DNA of 64,000 nt from Methanoregulaceae archaeon (lineage in GTDB: Archaea; Halobacteriota; Methanomicrobia; Methanomicrobiales; Methanospirillaceae), in assembly GCA_015660885.1 (NCBI GenBank), contig JACTUB010000004.1:62070-126069 (forward strand), written 5' to 3'. Positions within the stretch are counted from its first letter, which is position 1, and every line of letters starts with the position of its first letter. Below are positions 29,714 through 39,420 of this stretch, one piece after another. A program made the translations under genes and the position numbers. The notes below the pieces were generated by a model. It ran no database searches and was not told the origin of the DNA. It was given only the letters and a program-made list of their open reading frames with translations.

Positions 29714-31658
29714 ATTTGAGGCATATCGCGGGCTTTTTGTTGCAGAATCCCGGGAGAACCATGAGAACCTGGTCAAGAACCTCCTGCTCCTTGAACGGGG
29801 CACCTATCAGGATGCCATTGACGAGATTTTCCGTTCCATCCACACGCTGAAAGGTGCATCTGCATCCATGGGTTTTTCCAACATGGAGCATCTCTGTCAC
29901 ACAATGGAGGACGTCTTCCAGCTTATCCGCAGTGGTGCAGCAGAAATTTCACCGGAATTGGTCAACCTGCTCCTTGCTTGTTCCGATCTCATTGAACGGA
30001 TGCTTGATGATATTGAAGCAGGAGGTGACTCTTCGTCAAAAAATCCGGCTGAACAGGTCAAAGCCCTTAAAGAATGGATTGAACAACGCGGCGGCATACC
30101 AAAAGTAAATACTGAGGCCTCTCTTAATATGGCAGAAGCAGGACAGCCAGCAGGGCCTGCAGGGGATACAAACACGGAGAATCTTCCGGAATACGAGATG
30201 CAAATCACCGTTGCAAGCGATTGCATAATGAAAGATGTGCGTGCCATGCTTGCCCTCGGAAATTTAAAATCGCTGGGGACTATTCTTTCTGTTAACCCGA
30301 CCATTGAGGCGATTGATGAAGGGAAGTTTGACAGCAGGCTTGAGCTCGTTATCGCAAGTGATGCCGGGGAGGTGGCGTTAAAAACTGCTGCTTCAGGGAC
30401 CGAGATTACTGAAGTTGTTATCCGTCCTGCAAAAAAACCGGCAACCATGACACCGGTTGAGAGCACCGAGAGCTCAAAAAAGGCAGAGACTGATAAAAAA
30501 CAATCCCAGTCTCCGGATAAAAGCCGGGAGATCAAAAATCTCAGGGTCGATATCCACCAGCTTGACCATATAATGAACCTGGTCGAAGATCTCGTCATTA
30601 ACCGGGGCAGGCTGAAACAGATCGCCGAAGAACACAAAATCAAGGAGATGGATGAAGCAATCGGCATGGTCGACCGGTCAGTCTCTGAACTTCAGAACCT
30701 GATGATGAATATCAGGATGATACCATTGAATCATATCTTCAACCGCCTGCCACGGGTTGTCCGCGATGTTGCCCAGTACGACAGCAAAGAGGTTGAGTTC
30801 GTCATTGAAGGAGGGGAGACCGAACTTGACCGAAGCGTGATGGACGGACTCAATGATCCGTTGCTTCACCTGATCAGAAATGCGGTAAATCATGGGATTG
30901 AATCCCCTGACATCCGGGAAAAGGCCGGAAAGCCTCGGAAGGGGTATGTCAAGCTCTCTGCGCACCGTGACCGGGATAATGTTATCATAGAACTCATAGA
31001 TGATGGTGCGGGCATCAATGTCGACAAGGTCAAGGCAAAAGGGATTGAAAAGGGACTGATTAATCCTGATGTTGCCGAAACATTCACTACGGAACAGGCA
31101 ATTGACCTGCTATTTCAGCCCGGTTTCTCCACAGCCGATAAAATATCTGATATCAGCGGCAGAGGAGTCGGGCTTGATGTGGTTAAGAGATCCATAGAAG
31201 CGTTGAAGGGTACTATACGGGTGGAAACAACCACGGGTAAAGGAAGCCGGTTTGAACTGTTACTCCCACCGACGATGGCTATTGTCGATGTGATGATCGT
31301 CAGGATCAACGAAAAACGGCTTGGTATCCCCATCAGCAGCATTGTGGAAGTTGCTAATTTCCGGAGGAATGAAACCCACCAGATAGGAAAAGGCGAAGCG
31401 ATCCTGCTGCGTGACGAGGTCCTTCAGATCCTTCGGCTGGATGACATGGCAGGAGTTTCAAAGGCGAGTGAGATCCTCGTTGTTGTGCAATACCAGAAAC
31501 GGAAATGCTGTATTCCGGTGGATGTCGTTGAAGGCAAGCAGGAAGTTGTCGTGAAACCGCTGAGCGGTTTTATCGGGAATACCCGGGGCGTGAGCGGTAT
31601 CACCATTCTCGGTGATGGTGGTGTTGTACCCGTTATTGATGTAAATACCATAATATAG
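29706..31658 (+). CDS. cheA: Chemotaxis histidine kinase CheA
   Basis: FRSIHTLKG Hpt; HLIRNAVNHGIE, DDGAG, SGRGVGLDVV; C-terminal CheW-like domain; GTG start. Confidence 0.98.
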   Translation: MSEFEAYRGLFVAESRENHENLVKNLLLLERGTYQDAIDEIFRSIHTLKGASASMGFSNMEHLCHTMEDVFQLIRSGAAEISPELVNLLLACSDLIERMLDDIEAGGDSSSKNPAEQVKALKEWIEQRGGIPKVNTEASLNMAEAGQPAGPAGDTNTENLPEYEMQITVASDCIMKDVRAMLALGNLKSLGTILSVNPTIEAIDEGKFDSRLELVIASDAGEVALKTAASGTEITEVVIRPAKKPATMTPVESTESSKKAETDKKQSQSPDKSREIKNLRVDIHQLDHIMNLVEDLVINRGRLKQIAEEHKIKEMDEAIGMVDRSVSELQNLMMNIRMIPLNHIFNRLPRVVRDVAQYDSKEVEFVIEGGETELDRSVMDGLNDPLLHLIRNAVNHGIESPDIREKAGKPRKGYVKLSAHRDRDNVIIELIDDGAGINVDKVKAKGIEKGLINPDVAETFTTEQAIDLLFQPGFSTADKISDISGRGVGLDVVKRSIEALKGTIRVETTTGKGSRFELLLPPTMAIVDVMIVRINEKRLGIPISSIVEVANFRRNETHQIGKGEAILLRDEVLQILRLDDMAGVSKASEILVVVQYQKRKCCIPVDVVEGKQEVVVKPLSGFIGNTRGVSGITILGDGGVVPVIDVNTII

Positions 31659-31667
31659 GAGAATGTC

Positions 31668-32279
31668 ATGAACTTATCAACAGTCCAGGAAGATGCAATT
31701 CAGGAACTTGGAAATATCGGAGCTGCGCACGCAGCGACTACACTCTCCCAGATGCTGGGAAGCACGATTGAGATGAGCGTCCCGGCTATCAACATGGTAG
31801 ATCTGACTCAGCTTGGGGAATATATGGGCGAAGAATCAGCGGCAATGGTTGCTTTTGAGCTCCAGGGGGATATTCCCCACGGGGGATATGTTTTATTTTA
31901 TATAACACGGGAATCCGCCGTCCGCATGACCAACACGATGCTCGGCCTGACAGAGCTTAACCGCCCGCTCGATGAGATGGATGAGAGCGCACTGCTCGAG
32001 GTAGGGAATATTATGGTCTCTGCCTTTCTTGATGCCACTGCAGAACTCCTCGGCTTTATCATGCTTCCTTCCCCCCCGGCACTCACTATCGACATGGCGC
32101 ATGCAGCCATGCAGTCCCTCATTGCCCAGATGCAGGAAGAGACGAACGAAGTATTACTGTTCTCTACTGAACTTGTATGCGAAGAGTTCAAGATAGACAG
32201 TGATATCATTATGATGCCTGAGAGAAGCACTCTTGTAAAAATTATTGAACTTCTCGAAAACATGGTAAAGACAAGTTAA
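31668..32279 (+). CDS. cheC: CheY-P phosphatase CheC
   Basis: Two ExxN motifs (ELGNI, EVGNI). Confidence 0.95.
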   Translation: MNLSTVQEDAIQELGNIGAAHAATTLSQMLGSTIEMSVPAINMVDLTQLGEYMGEESAAMVAFELQGDIPHGGYVLFYITRESAVRMTNTMLGLTELNRPLDEMDESALLEVGNIMVSAFLDATAELLGFIMLPSPPALTIDMAHAAMQSLIAQMQEETNEVLLFSTELVCEEFKIDSDIIMMPERSTLVKIIELLENMVKTS

Positions 32280-32286
32280 CTGTGGA

Positions 32287-32787
32287 GTGCCTGCTATGCC
32301 TGCCACTCATCCCCCTAATGAACAGACGGCAATGATTGGTATCGGGGAATACCGGATCGGATCATTCCCGATGATGACGATAGGCCTGGGTTCCTGTATC
32401 GGTCTCACTATGTTTGATCCAAACCTGTATGTTGGCGCGATGGTCCATATCATGTTGCCAGAAAGCGGAGGCAGAAAAGATCGGCCGGGGAAATACGCCG
32501 ATACCGCTGTTCCCCTCCTGGTCAACGAACTTATTGCTCTTGGCTGCAAGAACCGGGCCATCATCGCCAAAATCGTGGGCGGGGCATGCATGTTTGAGTA
32601 TTTCGGGACCAATCTCAATATTGGTGAAAGGAATGCCGGAAAGATCAGGACTACCTTAAAAGAGCACCATATCCAGCTGGCTGCCGAGGATGTCGGTGGC
32701 AAGGTCGGGCGGTCTGTCACGTTCCTACCGGCCGACGGCGGGCGGGTTTTGATCCGCAGGGCAGACGGGACATCAAACAGTCTCTGA
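32287..32787 (+). CDS. cheD: Chemoreceptor glutamine deamidase CheD
   Basis: GLGSCIG, MVHIML, NIGERN and EDVGG motifs. Confidence 0.96.
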   Translation: MPAMPATHPPNEQTAMIGIGEYRIGSFPMMTIGLGSCIGLTMFDPNLYVGAMVHIMLPESGGRKDRPGKYADTAVPLLVNELIALGCKNRAIIAKIVGGACMFEYFGTNLNIGERNAGKIRTTLKEHHIQLAAEDVGGKVGRSVTFLPADGGRVLIRRADGTSNSL

Positions 32788-33367
32788 TATAACCTGTGTT
32801 TCTTTTGTTCGTTCCTGAAATTTTTTTAGTGCAGCAGCTCGCTTTGGTCTGGTTAACCTGAGCCATGGTCGATCCGACACTTGATAAAAAGGTTTTCAGA
32901 TCGGAAGAATTTTTTTGTGCTGGACAATGACAAATGCCTCTTTGTCATTTCGTATTGGTAAAAAAATTATCATACCGAACGTTACTTGAACAACCAATCT
33001 CAGCCTTTTAAGGACACCCCTTTTACGGAGTCGGGACTATTTTTGTTGGGGATAGGGGGCTTCGGGCCCTCATAAAAGTCGATCCTGTCTGTGATATATT
33101 ACTCTCATCCTGACGTTGAGCATAAAATTATGCTTGAAAATAATGAAAAAGACCATTGATGTCTGTCTTCAGCTGATTCTGACGATACACCCCATATTTC
33201 CTATTCCAGGGTCTGCTGCAAATGGAGAATACCAAAAGTTCCGAAGAGCAAAACCCGGGACTGAACAGGTCGGGGTTTTACCTGACATTTCTCAAAAAAA
33301 TGATTTTTTTAACGACATGCTCTGGTAGAGTGGCAGCTCATTCGCAATGAAAAAAATCCGGATATGG

Positions 33368-34582
33368 TTACCTGCTTATTTTTGACAGTGAGCTTATTTT
33401 TCTGAGCTCTTCAATACAATACTGGTCAATGGAATCAAGAAGCGCTTTTTTTGCCTTTTTAACCTGCATCTCATCAGGGGAGAAGAAATCATCGGCTATA
33501 TAATTGAGGGTGGTTATATAGTAGTGTAACTGCGGAAACTCCTTTTCAAATTCCGCAATACAATTGAACGCGTCTACCTTTTCCCGGTTGAGGAGATTAA
33601 AAGCGACATCAAAAAGGTATATCACCGGGGCAGGCATGCCCTTTGAGGTTGCCAATTTCCTGAAACTGTGATAGGTTATCTTTTTTTTCGTCAGGAGCGA
33701 GAATTTGAGCCCAAGATAGATCGGTTCAAGATCATCGGGATACTGCCGGATGAGATGGTTCAAGACACCGGCAGCACCACCGGCATCCCGGCTGTCAAGG
33801 TAATAATAAAACATGACGCGAAGGAAGTGGATATCGTTATAAAACCGTTCTGAACTAATATCCAGTAACCGCTTCCTCATTTCCGTGTCATGGGTGACTG
33901 CGGCATTCTCCAGTCCGGCTTCAATGAACCATCGCTCACTCGGGAACCATTCAAGTCCCAAAAAGATCATCTGCCAGAAGATCTTCTCGAGAAACGACGG
34001 ATCATCCAGTTCCAGTTGTTTTACCTGGTTTATGGGTGCCGGAGTGCGTGCCAGGCTGAGCATGGTTTCACGGGCGAGAAGTTCCATCTCTCCGGGGCGT
34101 TGGCGTTCTTCAGATGTATCGGTTTTTTTAAACTCCCGCAGGGAAAGAGCATAATAGCAGTATGCCAGGGTGGTGCCAATCTTTGTATCCAGATTGCGGT
34201 ATTTTTTCAGAAAATCGATCGCGTGTGCGTAGTCCCCGGCTTTTACCAGTTTCAGCCCAACAACAATATCGACACCGGTTTCTGCATCTTTTCTCTTCTT
34301 CAGGCGAAGGGCGTTCTGGATGACCTTGTTGATATAGGCAACATCACTGCTGTTCCTGCTTGCATTCAACACCTCAAATGTAATATGATCGATGAATTCG
34401 TCATGAGATTCATCAGGGATATCAGGGAAAGAATTTTCGAGTGCAGAGATCACGTGCCCATAAAAAACAGGGAGGTTTGCATCTACTTTTTCAGTATTGC
34501 GTTCAATATAGCCAAAAAAATCCTTTTTCAAGAGGTTCAGCTTATCATAGACGATTGCGTCAGAAAGCTTTTCTCCCCGCAT
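33368..34582 (-). CDS. Hypothetical all-helical (TPR-like) protein
   Basis: 404 aa ORF with helical-repeat pattern (LAYCYYAL); no catalytic motif recognised. Confidence 0.7.
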   Translation of the reverse strand: MRGEKLSDAIVYDKLNLLKKDFFGYIERNTEKVDANLPVFYGHVISALENSFPDIPDESHDEFIDHITFEVLNASRNSSDVAYINKVIQNALRLKKRKDAETGVDIVVGLKLVKAGDYAHAIDFLKKYRNLDTKIGTTLAYCYYALSLREFKKTDTSEERQRPGEMELLARETMLSLARTPAPINQVKQLELDDPSFLEKIFWQMIFLGLEWFPSERWFIEAGLENAAVTHDTEMRKRLLDISSERFYNDIHFLRVMFYYYLDSRDAGGAAGVLNHLIRQYPDDLEPIYLGLKFSLLTKKKITYHSFRKLATSKGMPAPVIYLFDVAFNLLNREKVDAFNCIAEFEKEFPQLHYYITTLNYIADDFFSPDEMQVKKAKKALLDSIDQYCIEELRKISSLSKISR

Positions 34583-34902
34583 ACAGGAAAAATGGCATGT
34601 TAAGATATTAAAATGTATAACAATACATTACACGCTGTGCCGTCATCTTCAAGTCATATTTTGAACAATCCAGGACTAAGGACTGCAGTCAGAACGCTTA
34701 CTTCCGGTGCTTACCCGCGTCACGGTAATATTAAAAACTATGCAGATACTCATCTGAAATACGGGAATGTGATGAAACGTTTGGAAATAATTCCGACGAT
34801 ATCACTTCTGTCATTATGTCGCATTCATATGTTGCTCCAGAAAAAACACCTGATTAGGGATAATGTGCCCTTATACAACAACAAAGGAACACCGAGTTCT
34901 CC

Positions 34903-37900
34903 TCAACCCTGTTTCAAACGGTAGACTCCCCGTGGCACTATAATTTCGAACCGAGCACCTTCTCCTGCTGTCCCGCCCTCCCTGATAGCAATGCCGGTAA
35001 TACTCAAAATCTCCCGGACAAGGAAAAGTCCGAGCCCGTTGTTTTTCCCGAATCCACGCTCGAAAATCTGGCCCTTTTCAGCATCAGGAACCCCCACGCC
35101 GTCATCTTCCCAGACAAGGATAAGCCCCTGAGGAGTCTGAAGGCATGATATGCTAACCCTTGTTGCCTTTTTACCATGTTGCGCGGTATTGTCAAGAAGG
35201 TTATAAAAAACTTTTTCGAGGAGGGGATCCGCATAAATTTCAACCCCCCGTAAAGCCGATTGTATTGAAATGGATGATGGGATCTCCAAACCCAAGACTA
35301 TCTTGCCTGCATCCTGCCACTGCGGTTCGTGGGCTCCGAGGTCCTGGTAGACACGCGTGAATTCGATCTGCGATTTCATCTCTGTTGTGGCAGATTCCAT
35401 TTTTTCAATAAACATCTGTATCTCCGGAGACTGGGGTTTCTTTTTAATCACTGCAAGGTAACTGAGCATGGCCATGATCTTGTTTAAAATGTCATGCCGG
35501 GTGATACTTGTCATCAGGTTGAGATGACGGTTTACCTGCCTCAAGGCCTCTTCTGCATTCCTGCGATCAGTGACATCACAGAAGGTGCCCTCAACACCGG
35601 CAATCTCCCCACGATCATCCCGGTACACATGGCTGCTTACCTCAACATAAACCGGAGTACCATCACTTTTTTTTAAGGTTATCGGGTAACTTGTAACAAA
35701 GCCCTGCCGGAATATCTCATCAAGTAACTCTTTCCGTAATTCCGGCCTGAACCAGACTGTTTCAGCAATACTTTTTCCGTATAAATCCTCCACTGATTCA
35801 TACTCAAGGAACCGTGCAAATGACGGGCTTGCAAGAATGAGATTCCCCTCCAGATCGCTCTTGTAGAAATAGTCCTGGAAATTCTCAATAACACTCCGGT
35901 AATTCTTCTCGCTCTGTCTAAGAGCCTCTTCTGCTCTCTTACTATCGGTGATGTCCATAACCGTTGCAGTGACACCGGCTGCGAGGTTTGCGGGGTCAAA
36001 CGGGCTCAGGGTCAGCATTACATCGATAATAGTACCGTCTTTTCTCCTGAGGCGGGCTTCTCCTTTGCCTAATCCTTCCCGGTCTATCTGATCGTATATA
36101 TCCTGGCCCGTATCAAAATATGCAGAGTCATCCATGTAGAGCATCCCCGTGCTCTGCCCGATCATTTCCTCCTCGGAATACCCGGTTATCGTGCAGAGCG
36201 ATTGATTTACTCTCTGGAACGCCCGGTTGACCAGAAGCGCGACTCCAACCGGAGTTGCGTTAAGCATGCTTCTTAGTTCTGCTTCCCTTTTCTGCAGCAT
36301 TATCTCGGCCTGCCTGATGTCGGTGATATCCCGACCGACCGACTGGTATTCAGTCAGTACTTTCTGTTCATCAAAAATTACACGGTCAGACCAGCGGTGC
36401 CAGCGGATGGAACCGTCAGGGAGGATGACACGGTGGATAATCGTGGCGACAGGATTTTCCGAGGTGAGCCCCCTGAAATGTTTCGTAACTATCTCCCTGT
36501 CCTCATCGGGTATCTTTGGCACAAACCGCTTCCCGATCAGTTCTTCGCGTCTCATGTTGAAATACCGGCAGTAGGCATCATTGACAAAGACGTGGGTACC
36601 GCCCGGAAGGAAACGGCAGATAAACTCGGTCTGGTCTTCGACAACATTGCGGTACTTCTGTTCGCTCTCGAAAAGGGCTTCTTCTGATCTGATCCGCACT
36701 ATTGCAGCACCAATCTGAGTGGCGATTGTCTCAAGGGCAACACGGGCAGTTGGCGGAATTTCGTCGAGGGTATGGGAGGCAAGATTCATGCATGCAATCA
36801 CCCGGTCTCCGGAAGAAATGGGGATAATCGCACTAGCCCTCAGACCCTCGTGTTCCTCCACACAGCGAAAGGTAATTCCTGACTGATTAAATAAGTCAAA
36901 GATCGGCTTTCCCGTCATGACCATCTCTGCATTCGGAGAACCAGGAGTATAAGAGGAGACGCTACTGACAAATTCATCCCCGAGGTTCTTTGATACAGCA
37001 AGGTCAACCGAGCCTGTCTTTTCGTCAACCATGTATATGCCACCGGAATCCATTCCCGATATCCCGATAGCGGCAGTGAGGCAGGCCTCCAGCGTCGCAT
37101 TCATCTCCCGGGTGGTCTGAAGCGCAAGACCGAGGTCCAGCTGTGCTTTGAGAATGTGTTCCTGCTGTTTGCGGGCAGTGACATCACGGATTGATTCAAT
37201 CGCCCCGACTATCGCTCCTCCCGTATCGTACAGCGGGGATGCGGTAAACCAGAGGGAGGCACCCCTGCCATCATGGAAATGGGGGATCGTAATCTCTGAA
37301 AACAGGTTTTTCCCTTCCCTTGTTATATGCGGGTACCTGGCTGCTGTGGCAGGATCGTCATTAAGGACAAGGTCGATAAGGATGGATCGGCACTCATGGT
37401 AAAACGGGAGTGCGTATTCGTGCTTGCTTTTTCCAAGAATTTCGGATGGTATAATCCCGGTCATCTTCTCCATTGCCCGGTTCCACGCGATCACCACGCC
37501 ATCAGCGTCAATCGCAAACGTTGCATCCGGCAGGAAGTTGAGGATATCTGCCTCACGACGTTCATGGTTGCGGTTGCTCGCTTCAGCACTTCTCCGCTGG
37601 ACTGCCTGCCGGATTTTATGGGAAAGTTCGGCGAACTGTGATTCCGGCTCCCCGCCCTTCTGGAGATAGAAATCTGCCCCGTTATTGATAGCCTGGATCA
37701 CCACTTCCTCGCGCCCCTTGCCGGTGAAAAGGATAAAGGGGAGATCCCCGTGTTTTTTTCTTATGTATTTGAGGAACTCAATGCCGTTCATCCCGGGCAT
37801 TTCGTAGTCCGAGATAATCGCATCGTACTTATTAATGGCAAGTTTGCCCTGAGCGTCCTTAGCAGAGATCACGGTATCAACTCTGATACTACCTTTTTCT

Positions 37901-37947
37901 TCAAGGAAGATCTTGACAATTTCGAGAAGATTTTCATCATCATCCAC
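34903..37947 (-). CDS. Hybrid sensor kinase: REC-PAS-GAF-PAS-PAS-PAS-HisKA-HATPase
   Basis: SDYEMP receiver; several PAS motifs; ITRHDILN H-box; N, G1 and G2 boxes. True start uncertain (see findings). Confidence 0.92.
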   Translation of the reverse strand: MDDDENLLEIVKIFLEEKGSIRVDTVISAKDAQGKLAINKYDAIISDYEMPGMNGIEFLKYIRKKHGDLPFILFTGKGREEVVIQAINNGADFYLQKGGEPESQFAELSHKIRQAVQRRSAEASNRNHERREADILNFLPDATFAIDADGVVIAWNRAMEKMTGIIPSEILGKSKHEYALPFYHECRSILIDLVLNDDPATAARYPHITREGKNLFSEITIPHFHDGRGASLWFTASPLYDTGGAIVGAIESIRDVTARKQQEHILKAQLDLGLALQTTREMNATLEACLTAAIGISGMDSGGIYMVDEKTGSVDLAVSKNLGDEFVSSVSSYTPGSPNAEMVMTGKPIFDLFNQSGITFRCVEEHEGLRASAIIPISSGDRVIACMNLASHTLDEIPPTARVALETIATQIGAAIVRIRSEEALFESEQKYRNVVEDQTEFICRFLPGGTHVFVNDAYCRYFNMRREELIGKRFVPKIPDEDREIVTKHFRGLTSENPVATIIHRVILPDGSIRWHRWSDRVIFDEQKVLTEYQSVGRDITDIRQAEIMLQKREAELRSMLNATPVGVALLVNRAFQRVNQSLCTITGYSEEEMIGQSTGMLYMDDSAYFDTGQDIYDQIDREGLGKGEARLRRKDGTIIDVMLTLSPFDPANLAAGVTATVMDITDSKRAEEALRQSEKNYRSVIENFQDYFYKSDLEGNLILASPSFARFLEYESVEDLYGKSIAETVWFRPELRKELLDEIFRQGFVTSYPITLKKSDGTPVYVEVSSHVYRDDRGEIAGVEGTFCDVTDRRNAEEALRQVNRHLNLMTSITRHDILNKIMAMLSYLAVIKKKPQSPEIQMFIEKMESATTEMKSQIEFTRVYQDLGAHEPQWQDAGKIVLGLEIPSSISIQSALRGVEIYADPLLEKVFYNLLDNTAQHGKKATRVSISCLQTPQGLILVWEDDGVGVPDAEKGQIFERGFGKNNGLGLFLVREILSITGIAIREGGTAGEGARFEIIVPRGVYRLKQG

Positions 37948-38244
37948 ATAGAGTACTGAGATTTGAACCGTTACATTCCCCCCTATTGATTGAGTGCATC
38001 ATCTCATAGTAAAAATGTTTACATCGTTCACTCACTTCGGTTTTTTCCATAGTCCGTATAAATGATGCAATAAATTCAAAAAAACATATTTTCATCGCTC
38101 CGCGAGTGGCAATAACAAAGGTTCTGATATTTTTCAGGATTACCTGGATTTGAGAATGCTGTTTTCTGCAGGACAAACTAATAGGAATAACGATTTCCTT
38201 TTACCTTTTAGTCCACACATATTCGGCATACAAATATGGTCAGA

Positions 38245-38766
38245 TCATGATCTCACGGCATCGTCTGGTCTTGAGGCAGATTGATCTGCACGCAAGACTG
38301 CACTGTTCCGATCCTCTCGAACTGCCTGAAGAATTACCTGGCGGAGCTTGTTGAAATTCGTAGCTGAATTTCCTAATTTTTCAACGAATGAAACCTGCCC
38401 GAGCTGTTTTGCATCGTCCTCATACATAGCGACCCGGAACAAAACAAAATACACAAAGGGGATCCTCCCTCCTTTGGCCCGGACATTCCTCAGGAGCTCG
38501 ATCCCTTTCTCCTCTTTGTTGTTATAGTCGGTAACGATTACGTCATAGCATATATACCTCATTTTATTCATCGCTTCTTCGACAGACAGCGATGTATCAA
38601 CCATCATTTCCCCGTCCCTGTCAAGGTACATACAGATCAGGTTAGCCAGTGCCGGAGTATCATCGACATAAAGTACTGATATTGTTCTGGTATCACCGGT
38701 GTCTGGACCAGACCCTGAAAAAGGAGGGGTGGTGGGAAGTGTTTCCGATCCGTTCCACGTTACCAT
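38245..38766 (-). CDS. Stand-alone atypical receiver-domain protein
   Basis: ISVLYVDD...VIVTDY...VEK. Confidence 0.8.
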   Translation of the reverse strand: MVTWNGSETLPTTPPFSGSGPDTGDTRTISVLYVDDTPALANLICMYLDRDGEMMVDTSLSVEEAMNKMRYICYDVIVTDYNNKEEKGIELLRNVRAKGGRIPFVYFVLFRVAMYEDDAKQLGQVSFVEKLGNSATNFNKLRQVILQAVREDRNSAVLRADQSASRPDDAVRS

Positions 38767-38793
38767 CGACAGTATCCCCGTATCCTTAAATTA

Positions 38794-39396
38794 TTATGCT
38801 GCGACTTCCCCCGTCTCAAGGGTTGTCATATCCAGCTTGACGCTCTCATCCGTTACAAGCCGCTTGATATCGATGAGGATCAGGAGTTCATGTGCATCCC
38901 GGTCCTTGATCCTGATCTTCTTTTTGATAATCCCGATGATGGCAGAATTGTTCTGTTCCACCATTGACGTACTGGTATCTACCGCAGAACGATCAAAGGT
39001 CGTCACCGAAGATACATTATCAACCATGATGCCGGTTTTGGATTCCGTGATGCTGTCGTCGAGAACGATTATCCGGCTGTTTTCATCGGTAGCTCCTGGT
39101 TGCCGGGTAATGTTCAAGCGTTCCTTCAGGTCGATTATTGTAGTTATTTCACCTCGTAAGTCAATTATTCCCTTGATATATGCAGGGGTATCGGGAAGCT
39201 GGGTTATTGTTTTGTACTCAACAACTTCCCTGACATTGAACAGGTCAACGGCAAAGTGTTCTTTGCCCAGCAGGAACTCCACGACCTGAACCGTGTTTGA
39301 ACCTGATTCCAGTCCTCCCTGCACAGCTCCTCTGCTGACGCGCTTTGCGGAAACCGGGAGGGGATTTCCGGTTTTTCCATTCGTATTCGGTTGCAT
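38794..39396 (-). CDS. cheW: Chemotaxis coupling protein CheW (copy 1)
   Basis: VVEFLLG, IKGIIDLRGEI; start set at ATG 39396 after GAGG. Confidence 0.93.
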   Translation of the reverse strand: MQPNTNGKTGNPLPVSAKRVSRGAVQGGLESGSNTVQVVEFLLGKEHFAVDLFNVREVVEYKTITQLPDTPAYIKGIIDLRGEITTIIDLKERLNITRQPGATDENSRIIVLDDSITESKTGIMVDNVSSVTTFDRSAVDTSTSMVEQNNSAIIGIIKKKIRIKDRDAHELLILIDIKRLVTDESVKLDMTTLETGEVAA

Positions 39397-39420
39397 GATC
39401 AGACCTCGCAAAGACTGCGT

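Noticed and set aside
33890-34603. Long antisense ORFs (also 4768-5496, 39293-40060, 40970-41836, 49686-50393, 56187-56900, 58161-59060)
   Set aside because: They are shadows on the opposite strand of well-supported genes, with no independent motifs
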